From IMG/VR virus record IMGVR_UViG_2061766007_000959: DNA of 64,000 nt. One strand, given 5' to 3'. Under the pieces are notes generated by a model. That model ran no database searches. It saw nothing but the letters and a program-made list of their open reading frames with translations, and was not told where the DNA came from. A program made the position numbers and the translations under genes. Within the stretch, counting starts at the first letter, position 1. Every line of letters begins with the position of its first letter. Source of the DNA: a virus. Lineage: Duplodnaviria; Caudoviricetes. Below are positions 9,373-19,795 of this stretch, one piece after another.

Positions 9373-10025
9373 TGAGCCAAGACAATCTGTTTCGGAATAT
9401 TGACGACCTGAAAAAGTATATCAAGTCGTTCACGACAAGGATAGTAAGCGACGATTATCTTTCCCCGTCCTTGCAGTCTGACTACACGATAGCTATATAC
9501 AGGAATTTCGACGACTACAAGAACAAGATAAACCCTGCCGTGTACGAGCCTGTGCTGATTCACAGCCTGTCCCTGCCCCTGTCGAACGGTGTTTCTATGA
9601 CTATGGACAAGTTGGGTCTGCAAGCGGCTGATTTCAGCGCGACGAACAAAATGTCATTCGAGTTCATAGCCGTACCGTACAGCCATAAGACGGGGGCGAA
9701 CCTGACGGCTCAGGAGACGACATACACGTCGTTGGTGCATTTTTACTACGCACAGCGTTTCACGGACAAGGGGACGCTGAAAATAAAGAGAGAGGGCGAC
9801 GCGTTGCCGACTGTGTTCGTGATAAACCTGAAGACGAACAATATAGTGTACGTGTTAAAGAACTGTGTTTTCTCGTACCCGAAGTTTCAGACGTCACCGA
9901 GTTCAAACAGTATAGCCGTGTACAGGACAGAGGTGACGTTCTCCTCGTACAGAGAGTTCTTGCAGGACAACATAAACGATTACAACATTTCCCAAACGAT
10001 GGCGAGGGACGTATCCAAATACTAA
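9369..10025 (+). CDS. second tube-fold-like tail/baseplate protein
   Basis: SLSLP...LKNCVF...VTFSSY pattern; operon position. Confidence 0.5.
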   Translation: MMSQDNLFRNIDDLKKYIKSFTTRIVSDDYLSPSLQSDYTIAIYRNFDDYKNKINPAVYEPVLIHSLSLPLSNGVSMTMDKLGLQAADFSATNKMSFEFIAVPYSHKTGANLTAQETTYTSLVHFYYAQRFTDKGTLKIKREGDALPTVFVINLKTNNIVYVLKNCVFSYPKFQTSPSSNSIAVYRTEVTFSSYREFLQDNINDYNISQTMARDVSKY

Positions 10026-10043
10026 CAACAAAACAATACAACT

Positions 10044-10835
10044 ATGAAAGTGATTTTACCGAGCAACGGTCTGTTAGGCACAAAATGGCTTGATTTGAGA
10101 GAGCCTAAGTTCTGCGACCTGAGAAAGACGATAACCGCGACAAGTGACGAGTATCTGTTCAAGTACGAGTTCGTCAGCGGACTGTGCGAGTTCGACCCTA
10201 AGAAAATAACTATGGACGACGTTCAGTACCTGTATGAAATAGCGGCGTCGGCAATATCGTTCAACACACTGAAGTTCAAGGTCAGGTGCAGTGAGTGTGA
10301 CACGGAAATCAGCAGTGAGTTCTCGTTCGCGGACGACGACATACCCGTCAAGACGTTGCACAAGGATTCAAGGAAATGCAAGAAAAAGGTCGGTGACGAG
10401 GAATACGTCTTTCATATTCTGTCGGCTCAGGACGGCGTTGACATACATACGTACGGCTTGGACGACGACGAACAGGACAGAATGGTCGAAGAGGCGACCG
10501 TGTGCAAGGTGTTAGGGTACGACATAACAGACGAGAATATCGAAAAGGTGAGGGCGTTGCCTGTCGCTATATATGTCGCCTGTTTCCTGTTTGTGAAAGC
10601 GAACAGGCACGGAATGGTCATAACAAAGGCTGTGAAATGTCCTAAATGCAAGACAGAGGCGCGTGTGCGCTTGGAATTGGATTCGTCGTGGGTCAAGATA
10701 GACCTGCCGACGTTCGTCGCACAGTACGCCCAAATAAGGGACTGTGTCGATTTCAAGTCGTTCCTTGATTTCACCATTCCTGAGTTTAAGAATTTTATTG
10801 ATTATCTGAACGCGGAGGCAAAGAAAGATGAGTGA
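10044..10835 (+). CDS. baseplate hub/tail assembly chaperone (T4 gp26/gp51-like)
   Basis: VILPSNG start, two CxxC motifs (CSEC, CPKC), precedes tape-measure-like gene. Confidence 0.65.
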   Translation: MKVILPSNGLLGTKWLDLREPKFCDLRKTITATSDEYLFKYEFVSGLCEFDPKKITMDDVQYLYEIAASAISFNTLKFKVRCSECDTEISSEFSFADDDIPVKTLHKDSRKCKKKVGDEEYVFHILSAQDGVDIHTYGLDDDEQDRMVEEATVCKVLGYDITDENIEKVRALPVAIYVACFLFVKANRHGMVITKAVKCPKCKTEARVRLELDSSWVKIDLPTFVAQYAQIRDCVDFKSFLDFTIPEFKNFIDYLNAEAKKDE

Positions 10836-12291
10836 GGGTAGCGGAAAATTGGCTGAGACACTTGCGTCGTCGATTGTTGACAAGATGACCGAACTCGCTA
10901 ACAAGGGGCGAGTAGAGGGTGATTGGGTTAAAAATTCGGACAATATGTTCGGCACTATGTTCGATGTGTTACAGGCTGTTGCCGAGAACTCGTATAACGC
11001 CCGTATGCTGAGTGATTCGACTGACGCGACGTTAAACGCCAAACAGATTGAAGACCGTGCGAGTTTCAAGGAACTGAACGATTTTATCAAAGAAGAGGTT
11101 GTCGAACGTCTCAAACATATTGAGGCGCAACGAAAGGACACGAAAGGCAATAATGAACCCTCGAAGTCAGATTTGGGTATCAGCACCGAATCAGGTGACA
11201 CGGACGAGACAGAGGGTGAGGACGTCAGGGGCAAGCACACGATACAGCGTTCAATAAGCCGTTTGGAAAAAGGTCAGAACAAAATAATAAAATCGGTTGA
11301 GAACCTGCAAAAGGACAACCGTCACATAAAGACCAACATGGACGATTCCGAAAGGCGGTCGCGCAAGCATTTAATCAAAATGGAACGGTCTATCAAGCAC
11401 ACTATCAAATCACGGATGGGCAAGCTATGGTCTATGTTCAAAAAGACGCTTATTATCGGTCTGTTGCTGTTCTTTCCCCCGATATTAAAAAGGGCGTTCG
11501 GTAAGTTAGCTGACTTGCTTTCACCTGTAACAGAATGGTTTAAGATAAATTTTCCGTCACTTTACGAGTATATCAAGGATTTGTCAAGATACGTTGGTAG
11601 CATAGCGTCCGATTTCAAGTTCCTTGTTGACAAAATCAAGTTCGCTTTGGATTGGATAGACGAACACGAAACAGGCGTCAAAGTGGGTGCAGGTGCGGCG
11701 TCGGGGGCGTTGGCAGGTGCGGCTATCGGTAGTGTAATCCCAGGGGTCGGTACGGCTGTCGGGGCGGCTATTGGCGCAGGTGTCGGCGCGATTGGGGGCG
11801 GAATAGACGCAAAAATGTCACAGAGTGAGAAAGAATACGAGAAAGAGACAGCCGAGCGTCAGGAGGTTATGGCAAAATACGACGTCGATAGAATGATAAA
11901 GAACGGTGAGTTGGACGGGTCGGACGAGGCGGCGGTTGAGGCGGCGACGGCGGAAAGGTTAAATGAAATACAGGAATACGAGAAAACCGTTCCAACCACA
12001 AACTTGGATATGAGTGTCAGGAAAGACGGAGAGGGTTTTGGTTCTATGTTCAAGCGAAAATGGAGAGAAATGTTCAGGGACACGGGGTCAGCCACGACCC
12101 CTAAGGTGTCAACGACAGCACCGACCCCAACCGAGACGGCGGCTGACGCTTTGGAAGGTAGCCTTAACGGTCAGACGGAAGTCGAGCCTAACGACGACGA
12201 GGCAAAGGCTTTGAGCGCGGCGTATCAGATAATAAACGAAACCAATATAAACAACCTGTATGTGAAACAATCGGCAACTCTGTGGGGGTGA
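10828..12291 (+). CDS. short tape-measure-like protein
   Basis: Coiled coil, hydrophobic segment and glycine zipper GAAIGSVIPGVGTAVGAAIG. Confidence 0.6.
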   Translation: MSEGSGKLAETLASSIVDKMTELANKGRVEGDWVKNSDNMFGTMFDVLQAVAENSYNARMLSDSTDATLNAKQIEDRASFKELNDFIKEEVVERLKHIEAQRKDTKGNNEPSKSDLGISTESGDTDETEGEDVRGKHTIQRSISRLEKGQNKIIKSVENLQKDNRHIKTNMDDSERRSRKHLIKMERSIKHTIKSRMGKLWSMFKKTLIIGLLLFFPPILKRAFGKLADLLSPVTEWFKINFPSLYEYIKDLSRYVGSIASDFKFLVDKIKFALDWIDEHETGVKVGAGAASGALAGAAIGSVIPGVGTAVGAAIGAGVGAIGGGIDAKMSQSEKEYEKETAERQEVMAKYDVDRMIKNGELDGSDEAAVEAATAERLNEIQEYEKTVPTTNLDMSVRKDGEGFGSMFKRKWREMFRDTGSATTPKVSTTAPTPTETAADALEGSLNGQTEVEPNDDEAKALSAAYQIINETNINNLYVKQSATLWG

Positions 12292-12298
12292 GTAGGGA

Positions 12299-13642
12299 AT
12301 GAGCAAACTGTTGCTGAGGATATTACTGAGGTTCGCGAGGAAATTCGCTGTCAAGCAACTTGAAAAGTTCTTGGTTGAATACGCCAAGGGCAGGTTCGAC
12401 TATCTACTTGACAGCCCTGTTCCGCCCGAAATGGGTGATTTCCCTGAAATAACCCTGCCGATAAAAAAGGACAACGGTGAGGAGACCAACGGCGAACACC
12501 TCGATAAAGTTGTCAGAGAGGCGGCTGTCGGAATCAGCGGCGGTGTTTTTCTGTTGACACAGTTCGCTGAGAATGTTTCCGATTCCGAGACACGCACGGC
12601 AAGTCGGGACTTGGATTCAGCGAAAGAGGATTGGAACGACGATATATTGCCCGTATTGGTATCGGCAGGCATTGGCGTCGCGTCCGTTATGAGTGATATT
12701 GACGTGTCAGAAATCAAACTGTCAAACCTTGACTTAGAGCCGATACCGACATACAACCCTCTGTTTCCTGACGAGAGAGAGAGCATTAGGAGAGAATATG
12801 ACGAGAAAGGGAAAAAGAAAACCCAAACAGGGGGCGTGCCGTCAGGCTCGGGAAACTTTAAGGGTGTCAGAGATTGGTTGACAGCCACGCCGCAACCGAG
12901 CGTAGAGGCGTCAAAGTTCCAAATAATCAAGCGCAACGGCGAGACGTACATAACCCGTTACGGTCAGGAACGCCGTATCAGGCAGGCTCGCCTGAACGAA
13001 TCATTCGACAGTCTGTTAGAAGGTTACACGTACGACAGCAAGCGTCAGGCGATAGGTGCGACGGGCGCGTTCTTTGGCAGTGACAGCGGTGTTATGCGCA
13101 AGATAAACAAGATAATACTGCACTGTACGGCTGACCCTGAGGGCAGAGACCACACGCTCGAATATTACAACAGTTTGCACTTGCAGAGGGACAACGGCAC
13201 TTGGACGGGTATCGGCTATCATTTTATCATACACCCTGACGGCACTGTCGAAACGGCTCGTCCCGTGAATATGATAGGTTCGCACTGCAAGGGACAGAAC
13301 TCGTACTCAATAGGTATCGCTTATATCGGCGGCGAGAACAAAAAGGGGAAAGCGAAAGACACCCGAACGAAAGCGCAGAAAAAGCAAATGTGGCGGTTGG
13401 TGCTGTATCTTTTAGAGCGTTTCCCGTCAGCGACCGTACACGGTCATCACGAATACGACCCTAAGCCCTGCCCCTGTTTCGACGTTCAGAAGGAATGGAA
13501 AAAGTTGAGGGCAAACAATTTCAACTTGGACGACAGCGGTGTCGTCGGCGACTTGGCTTATTCGTTCTCGACGTCACAGAGTATCGAGAACGTACACAGT
13601 CAGATAATCGAAATGCAAGAGCCTGAGAGTAACGAGGCTTGA
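12299..13642 (+). CDS. virion-associated protein with C-terminal N-acetylmuramoyl-L-alanine amidase (Amidase_2, T7 lysozyme-like)
   Basis: IILHCTA, IGYHF, GSHCKGQN.SIGIAYIGG, GHHE..KPCPCFD zinc amidase motifs. Confidence 0.9.
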   Translation: MSKLLLRILLRFARKFAVKQLEKFLVEYAKGRFDYLLDSPVPPEMGDFPEITLPIKKDNGEETNGEHLDKVVREAAVGISGGVFLLTQFAENVSDSETRTASRDLDSAKEDWNDDILPVLVSAGIGVASVMSDIDVSEIKLSNLDLEPIPTYNPLFPDERESIRREYDEKGKKKTQTGGVPSGSGNFKGVRDWLTATPQPSVEASKFQIIKRNGETYITRYGQERRIRQARLNESFDSLLEGYTYDSKRQAIGATGAFFGSDSGVMRKINKIILHCTADPEGRDHTLEYYNSLHLQRDNGTWTGIGYHFIIHPDGTVETARPVNMIGSHCKGQNSYSIGIAYIGGENKKGKAKDTRTKAQKKQMWRLVLYLLERFPSATVHGHHEYDPKPCPCFDVQKEWKKLRANNFNLDDSGVVGDLAYSFSTSQSIENVHSQIIEMQEPESNEA

Positions 13643-13755
13643 CATAATTTACTGATAATACTTTTTGCAGGTAAAGCATAATTTCGTATTTTCGCAGAAA
13701 GTTGTCGGCGTGACACGGCGGCACAAGATTATGTCATAATGAATATTGATAATCA

Positions 13756-14769
13756 ATGGCGAGCAAGGGTTTTAATATAGACGAAATCAGGGAACTCAAC
13801 AAACTGAAAATCTACGCTATCAAGAACGGCGGCGAATCGGAATTTGTTATGGGCGCGTACCTGACGACGGCACTTGGCGATTTCAAGGCAGACATAACGG
13901 TTGACAGCCTGACAAGGCAAATGGGTGAGACTGTGAAAGGTTTGGGTGTCGTAGGCAGTCTGATGAAATCGACGGCTGTATCATTCATAAAGGAAAAGTT
14001 GAGCGGTTCGTGGGGGAATCTTTTAGGCACGGGTATCGAACTGACTAATGACATAAACTACAATTTCAACTATCGTTTCAACGGAATCAGTGAGTTCAGT
14101 CACACGTTCAGTTGCGAGTTGGTTGTGAAAGACGATTTCACAAAGGACGTTATAAATCCGCTTTGGAAACTGATTGAGTACGTTCTGCCTGACGAGACGT
14201 CACAGTTCTCGGAAACGGAAACATACAAAAGCATAGAAGACAAGACAAAGTACGGTGCTGACCTGTTACAAGACTTTATAAATAACAAAAACACAAGCAA
14301 CCCGTTCATAGAACAGGACATATTGGACAAGTTTTTCAAGTATGTCAGGACTGTCGGCGGTGAAATAGGCGACATGGTCGGCGGTATTTCGTTCATAAAG
14401 AAACCGAAACAGTTGCAGGGCGGAATGTCCCACACCCGAATAACAATAGGCGACTACATACAGATTGACAATGTTGTTATAGACAGTGTCAGTTTCAACA
14501 TACCGTACCTGTTATACGACGGCGGTCTGTTCGACAAGGTGCAGATAAATATCGGTGTCAAGGGAAACCGCAAAATGACACTGAACACGTACGAATGGGT
14601 GAGACGCCTGACGACCTACGCCAAGGACGAACTCGACAAAATGAAACTGACACCGTTACAGCCTGTGCCGTTGAACCAAGAGTTCAGCGCACCGCAACTT
14701 GTCAGACCCAACACCCCGAACGCAACGGGTGTTGACACTATTGCTAACAATTCAGGTGACTTAACTTAA
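13756..14769 (+). CDS. putative baseplate/tail protein
   Basis: Position; IGDYIQIDNVVIDSVSF beta motif. Confidence 0.5.
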   Translation: MASKGFNIDEIRELNKLKIYAIKNGGESEFVMGAYLTTALGDFKADITVDSLTRQMGETVKGLGVVGSLMKSTAVSFIKEKLSGSWGNLLGTGIELTNDINYNFNYRFNGISEFSHTFSCELVVKDDFTKDVINPLWKLIEYVLPDETSQFSETETYKSIEDKTKYGADLLQDFINNKNTSNPFIEQDILDKFFKYVRTVGGEIGDMVGGISFIKKPKQLQGGMSHTRITIGDYIQIDNVVIDSVSFNIPYLLYDGGLFDKVQINIGVKGNRKMTLNTYEWVRRLTTYAKDELDKMKLTPLQPVPLNQEFSAPQLVRPNTPNATGVDTIANNSGDLT

Positions 14770-14774
14770 AGACT

Positions 14775-15011
14775 ATGACAGTAAAAGAGGCGGCGGCGTT
14801 ATATCCTGTGTACGAATACACGACCTCGGTCGGGGACAACCTGACGCGTATCGTGCGCCTGTTGTACAACGGCGATTCGGACAAGGCGACAGCCGCGATA
14901 AAGGAACTGAACCTGAGGTACGATTGGGCGTACCTTGAAGGCGGCGTGACAATCAAGTATTTTCCCGAGGACGTATTATTGAAAGTAGATGTGGTTTACA
15001 GTCAAAGATAA
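14775..15011 (+). CDS. LysM-like baseplate protein (P2 gpX/T4 gp53-like)
   Basis: YTTSVGDNLTRIVRLLY...IKELN LysM pattern. Confidence 0.75.
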   Translation: MTVKEAAALYPVYEYTTSVGDNLTRIVRLLYNGDSDKATAAIKELNLRYDWAYLEGGVTIKYFPEDVLLKVDVVYSQR

Positions 15012-15891
15012 AGCGATTCCGATAGCCGACTTGGTTCTGACGGACAACCTCGCGACGTATCACAACACGATTTCGTTCACGACGGTAACTAAAATCTATG
15101 CGTCCGAGGGTGTCATAGAAACGGACTTTTCAAAGAAGTTCGAGGTCTGTATCACAAGTCAGACGAGAATGCAGGGTGACAAAATGAAAGTTGACTGCGT
15201 CACTAAAAAGGTTCACGACGCGTTCAACTCGACGACGGCAGGGTACACGGGCAGGACGACCGTTGACGGGCTGTTCGCCAAACTCGGGTTCAATTACAGT
15301 TCCAACTTTCAATCGAACAACACGTATTTCTCGATTCCTCAGGGAATGGTGACGTCCCTGTTCGACAACCTGACAAAGTACGCGTCGTTCGCCAACGGCG
15401 GCGGTGCGCATTTCTACATGGCTTACGACGGGACTGTACACGGGTTCGACTACAAACTGATAAAGGAAAAGTACAAGGCGGCTATACTCGACTGTTCCAT
15501 TCTGTCGGAACAGATTAGGACGGATTGGTGCGACTATACGCCGTCAGAGTTCGACATATTCTATTGGGACAACAACAACAAGTTCAAGACGGAGACCCTG
15601 ACATTGGAAAAGGGGTTCGGGAAAGCCGTCGTACACATAAACGACACGACGGGCGTGTGGCGAGACGCCGCCAAACAGGAACTGACGAACACGTTTTACA
15701 ACAAATGGTTTTCGGGACACACGATTACCGTCAGCACTACGTTGGGAATATTCCCCCCGTTGGGAACTTTGGTGAGGTTCAGGGAATCGCCTATGACGTA
15801 TATCGTGAAAGCCGTATCTAACGCATACAACGAGTTACAGGAAGTTCCTACGACGACAGTAATTCTTATTTCAGAACCAACATTTGTTTAA
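14989..15891 (+). CDS. baseplate hub protein (gp27/gpD-like)
   Basis: Canonical position between LysM protein and spike; 300 aa. Confidence 0.55.
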   Translation: MWFTVKDKAIPIADLVLTDNLATYHNTISFTTVTKIYASEGVIETDFSKKFEVCITSQTRMQGDKMKVDCVTKKVHDAFNSTTAGYTGRTTVDGLFAKLGFNYSSNFQSNNTYFSIPQGMVTSLFDNLTKYASFANGGGAHFYMAYDGTVHGFDYKLIKEKYKAAILDCSILSEQIRTDWCDYTPSEFDIFYWDNNNKFKTETLTLEKGFGKAVVHINDTTGVWRDAAKQELTNTFYNKWFSGHTITVSTTLGIFPPLGTLVRFRESPMTYIVKAVSNAYNELQEVPTTTVILISEPTFV

Positions 15892-15894
15892 GCT

Positions 15895-16323
15895 ATGGCA
15901 AAGATAATCAAGGCAATATGCACGACAGCGTCAGCGGACGACAAGATGGGACGGGTGCGCCTGAAATCAGACGGCGTTTGGAATCAGGACACCGAACTCG
16001 TACAGTCCCTGAACGGTTGCACCCTGAGCAAGGGCGACGTGGTGTTTGTGTCAGTCGAGGACGGTTATTACAACCCTTTGATACTCGGCAAGGCTGACCG
16101 AAACGAAATTGTGCTAAATTTGTTGGTTGAAAGGATAAACAGTTTAGAGGACAAGTTGAACGAGGCGGTCAACAAACAGAACGAGGTTATAATGAAACTC
16201 GCGGCGTCGGCGTCGGCGGCAGGTTTCGTATGGAGCGGCGCGGCGACATTCGCGGCTGTGCAACCCTTACAGACGATACCGACAAAGACACAGTTGAGAG
16301 ACATACAGGATAATTACAAATAA
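15895..16323 (+). CDS. baseplate central spike (gp5/gpV OB-fold-like)
   Basis: DDKMGRVRL...KGDVVFV...NPLILG OB-fold pattern. Confidence 0.7.
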   Translation: MAKIIKAICTTASADDKMGRVRLKSDGVWNQDTELVQSLNGCTLSKGDVVFVSVEDGYYNPLILGKADRNEIVLNLLVERINSLEDKLNEAVNKQNEVIMKLAASASAAGFVWSGAATFAAVQPLQTIPTKTQLRDIQDNYK

Positions 16324-16333
16324 TTGATAAACA

Positions 16334-16636
16334 ATGGATTTACCGATAGTTTTGAAAGGAGATTCGACATTCGTTACGGGTGTCTTGGAACTGAAACAGG
16401 ACTTGTACCTGTTGCTGAAAGAGCCGATTAGGACTTGGTATCAGTCGGCTCGGACAGGCTCGTACATACCGTTGCACTCGGCTGACGTCGTCGAACTGCG
16501 CAACGCTGTCAAGGACACGCTCGCACAACTGAAGGGGGTTGAAATAAAATCTGTCGAGGTTGTCGAAACAAATGTTATATTGCGCATAAATTACAACGGT
16601 CGGGAATTAGAGGAGTTATTTGAGTTGAACAACTAA
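16334..16636 (+). CDS. baseplate wedge/sheath initiator (gp25/gpW-like)
   Basis: 100 aa; ELKQDLYLLL...W....GS pattern; position. Confidence 0.65.
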   Translation: MDLPIVLKGDSTFVTGVLELKQDLYLLLKEPIRTWYQSARTGSYIPLHSADVVELRNAVKDTLAQLKGVEIKSVEVVETNVILRINYNGRELEELFELNN

Positions 16637-16650
16637 AAACACATAATACA

Positions 16651-19600
16651 ATGCGTGCTAAATCAGAAATAATCAGGGAACTTTCGGCGTCGCTCACAAG
16701 CGACATTTGGAAAAAGCTACAAACGTCGCTGTTAGGCAGGGAACTGCTCGCGTTGGGCGGTGAAATCATATCGGAATCGGAGAACGTCAAGGACACACTA
16801 TTGTTCCAACTCAACCCCGAGACAGCCAACAAGTACGGTCTGTATCTGCTGTCGCAGATGAACGAAATACCGATTACCAACGTCAAGCCGAACACGGTCG
16901 AGGTTCTTATGAAAAACGATTCCAAGTCGTACGCGCCGTACACTCTGTCGTACAACGTCGGCAACGCGTCGTTTGTGAACATCGAGTACACAATGCACGA
17001 CAAGACGGCGAACTTTGTCTGCGGAACGCACAAATACTATTACAGGAACGGCGCGTCCCTGAACAACAACGACGGCGAGGAGACTTACTTTTTCGACGGT
17101 GAGTATTCTTACAGCGGAATAAAACTCGGCAACGCCTATCCTGATTCTATAACGATAACGGACAAGGACGGTTTGGAAATACAGCGTTACTCGCCTGAGG
17201 TTGCGCTGTCCGACAACATCGACCTTATGTACAAGGTCGTAACGGGTCTCGACGGCGTGATATACGTTCGTTTCATTTGCGCCGAGGACGTTGAATCACC
17301 GTCCGTGTTCAACATCGATTGGCTTGACCACAGCGTCAAGGACGTTGACATCGAGGACAGGGACGTCAAGGACAACGGAACTGTCGTCGGCACTGTCGAA
17401 TATCATTCCAAGGGCAGTACGGACGACCTGACCTATATGCGCAGTCAGTTAAAGAAAGGTATGGCTGTGTCAAGCGGTCTGAACACCCCTGTAATGATTG
17501 AACAGTATGTGAACGGCTTTCCGTTCGTTATTGATTCCAAGTGCAAGGTTGACACGAAAGAGGGCGGACTGTGCGTGTATGTGAAACCTGCGTCGATTTC
17601 CGATTTGAGTACCTATTTGGATTTCTCGGAAATAGCCGCGCACATTGCGTTCAACACGATACTGTTCCCGAAAATCAAGGTGCGCACGGGTGACATCCTG
17701 AAGTTCGATATAGAAATAAGCGGCGTCACGAGCGAACTGTACAAGAACGAAATAAGAACCCTGATACAGGACGAGTTCGCCGAGGAGAAAATGAAATTCG
17801 ACACCAATGTAAACATTTCAAATATCCTGAACCTTATATATATGAAATACAATATCTTACCTGAAATTTCTATGTCACTGACAGAGAAGTTCTCGAACGG
17901 TGAGGTGTTGTCGGGAATACCTATTTCAGGCACGTTGCAGGGTTTTGACGCGGACAACAACATATCGGTTTGGGAAGACAAGAACATAATGTACGGAACA
18001 AGTCAGGACACCTGTGTACCGTTCGGAATCTTGGACGTCGCAGGCGCGTCAGGCACTATGTTCATTCTGAAACAAAGCCCGAGAGACGAGAACGCCGACG
18101 ACGACGCGGATATGATATACAAACTCGAACAGACAGACCATAACGGTACGCTTGTGTTTACGCCTATGACAGAGGAGGTCGGCGGCGTCACCCAAAAGAT
18201 TGAGACCGATTCCCTTTACAGAAGTAGGGAGACGAGCAACATAACCGACAAGAAAAGCCGATTCTATCTGTACGACGCGTCAACGGATACAATCAAGTCG
18301 TTCGACGAGGACTTGAAAAACCTTATAAACAGGACGGAGAACCCGTCCATTCTGAACACCGCTTGGCACTCGGCGACACAGGATTTCAAGAACCTGTACG
18401 ATATGGACGTCATTTCGACGAACGACAGTGCGGTGTTCAATTTCAGGTTCACGTCAAAGGGTGTTCAGGGAACGAAAATATCAGGCGGCACGTCGTCGGA
18501 ATCGGACGAGTTCTATACCCTGACCTATTGGAATGACAAGAACTTGGACAATTTCGCTTATTTCAGGGACGGCAACAAGAAATATCAGATGGCGATAGCG
18601 GCTGACACGTCACTGTCGCTTATGAACATAAACACGAACGGATGGAACTACTATGACACCCTCGACGGAAACGACGAGAAAGTCAAGGGTTTCTCGGTCG
18701 GTCTGTGCGGCAAGGACGATTACGGTGCTGACGTTGACATAAATTCGAGCGCGTTCATATACGAAAATCAGTTCTATTATATTTCGGGGCTGAACAGCGA
18801 TTTCGTCTCGATACACAACAACAAGACGGGAAATGATTTCGGCGTCCAACTGTCGTCTGTAATCAGGGGTCTGATTGTCGTTGACGACCGTCTGTATGTC
18901 GTTCAGAAAAACAACGTCACGATAGTTGACGGTTTCAGCGGAATCAAACAGCACTCGTACATATACAACATTTACCTGAATGTGAACAGGCAGATGGAAA
19001 TCACGGAAATAACAAAGGGTTTCAACGACTACATTCTGATAAAGTCAGTGAACGAGAACGGCGAGGACGCCTACTATGTAGCCACGGGCTTTGAGTTCCT
19101 GTCGGAGACCAAACTCGGGTTCAAGAACCTGAAAGAGGTGTTCACCGACGTTGAGGACAAGGCTGATTTCAGAATCGGAAGTTGCAACGGCGAGTATGCG
19201 ACACTGTACAAAGAGGTGAACAATTCGAGCCAAAACGGGTTCGTGTTCTGCTGTTGCAACCTGACTACGGGCGAATCAAAGGTTTACAACAAAATCGCGA
19301 CACTCACAGAGGAAACGGAAATCACCAACCTGACCGACGACCTCGTGTTCAGTGAGAAAATAATACAGCCGTTCGTTGAAAAGTACGCCAAGAAAGAGGC
19401 AGGCGACCTGTACGGCGACGAGGTGTCGAACTACGAGAACGAGACCCTGTCGTCGAACGGAACGTTCTACTATCACATAAACAACAAGACGTACACGCAC
19501 AGGGTGAACGACAACGGAGCGGTTATGGCTGTCTATGACATTGTTTGGGACAATAACGAGGTGAACAAACAGGTCGGTGACATTATACTGTATATGTCGT

Positions 19601-19794
19601 CGAGGGGCAGTCTAATCAAATACAAGGAGACCGCTGTCAGAATGAACACTAAAATCGGCGTTTACGACAAAATAAGCAACACGCTCAAACTTGACATAGT
19701 GAACAACGTAAGCACTGTCAAATACAAGAGCATAAACGTTCACAAGTCAGACAAGACATATATGGTTTTGAACGACATAAGATTCATAGACTGA
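16651..19794 (+). CDS. large baseplate wedge protein (gp6/gpJ-like N-terminus)
   Basis: Follows gp25-like gene; ETANKYGLYLL and YVRF motifs; 1047 aa. Confidence 0.6.
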   Translation: MRAKSEIIRELSASLTSDIWKKLQTSLLGRELLALGGEIISESENVKDTLLFQLNPETANKYGLYLLSQMNEIPITNVKPNTVEVLMKNDSKSYAPYTLSYNVGNASFVNIEYTMHDKTANFVCGTHKYYYRNGASLNNNDGEETYFFDGEYSYSGIKLGNAYPDSITITDKDGLEIQRYSPEVALSDNIDLMYKVVTGLDGVIYVRFICAEDVESPSVFNIDWLDHSVKDVDIEDRDVKDNGTVVGTVEYHSKGSTDDLTYMRSQLKKGMAVSSGLNTPVMIEQYVNGFPFVIDSKCKVDTKEGGLCVYVKPASISDLSTYLDFSEIAAHIAFNTILFPKIKVRTGDILKFDIEISGVTSELYKNEIRTLIQDEFAEEKMKFDTNVNISNILNLIYMKYNILPEISMSLTEKFSNGEVLSGIPISGTLQGFDADNNISVWEDKNIMYGTSQDTCVPFGILDVAGASGTMFILKQSPRDENADDDADMIYKLEQTDHNGTLVFTPMTEEVGGVTQKIETDSLYRSRETSNITDKKSRFYLYDASTDTIKSFDEDLKNLINRTENPSILNTAWHSATQDFKNLYDMDVISTNDSAVFNFRFTSKGVQGTKISGGTSSESDEFYTLTYWNDKNLDNFAYFRDGNKKYQMAIAADTSLSLMNINTNGWNYYDTLDGNDEKVKGFSVGLCGKDDYGADVDINSSAFIYENQFYYISGLNSDFVSIHNNKTGNDFGVQLSSVIRGLIVVDDRLYVVQKNNVTIVDGFSGIKQHSYIYNIYLNVNRQMEITEITKGFNDYILIKSVNENGEDAYYVATGFEFLSETKLGFKNLKEVFTDVEDKADFRIGSCNGEYATLYKEVNNSSQNGFVFCCCNLTTGESKVYNKIATLTEETEITNLTDDLVFSEKIIQPFVEKYAKKEAGDLYGDEVSNYENETLSSNGTFYYHINNKTYTHRVNDNGAVMAVYDIVWDNNEVNKQVGDIILYMSSRGSLIKYKETAVRMNTKIGVYDKISNTLKLDIVNNVSTVKYKSINVHKSDKTYMVLNDIRFID

Positions 19795-19795
19795 T

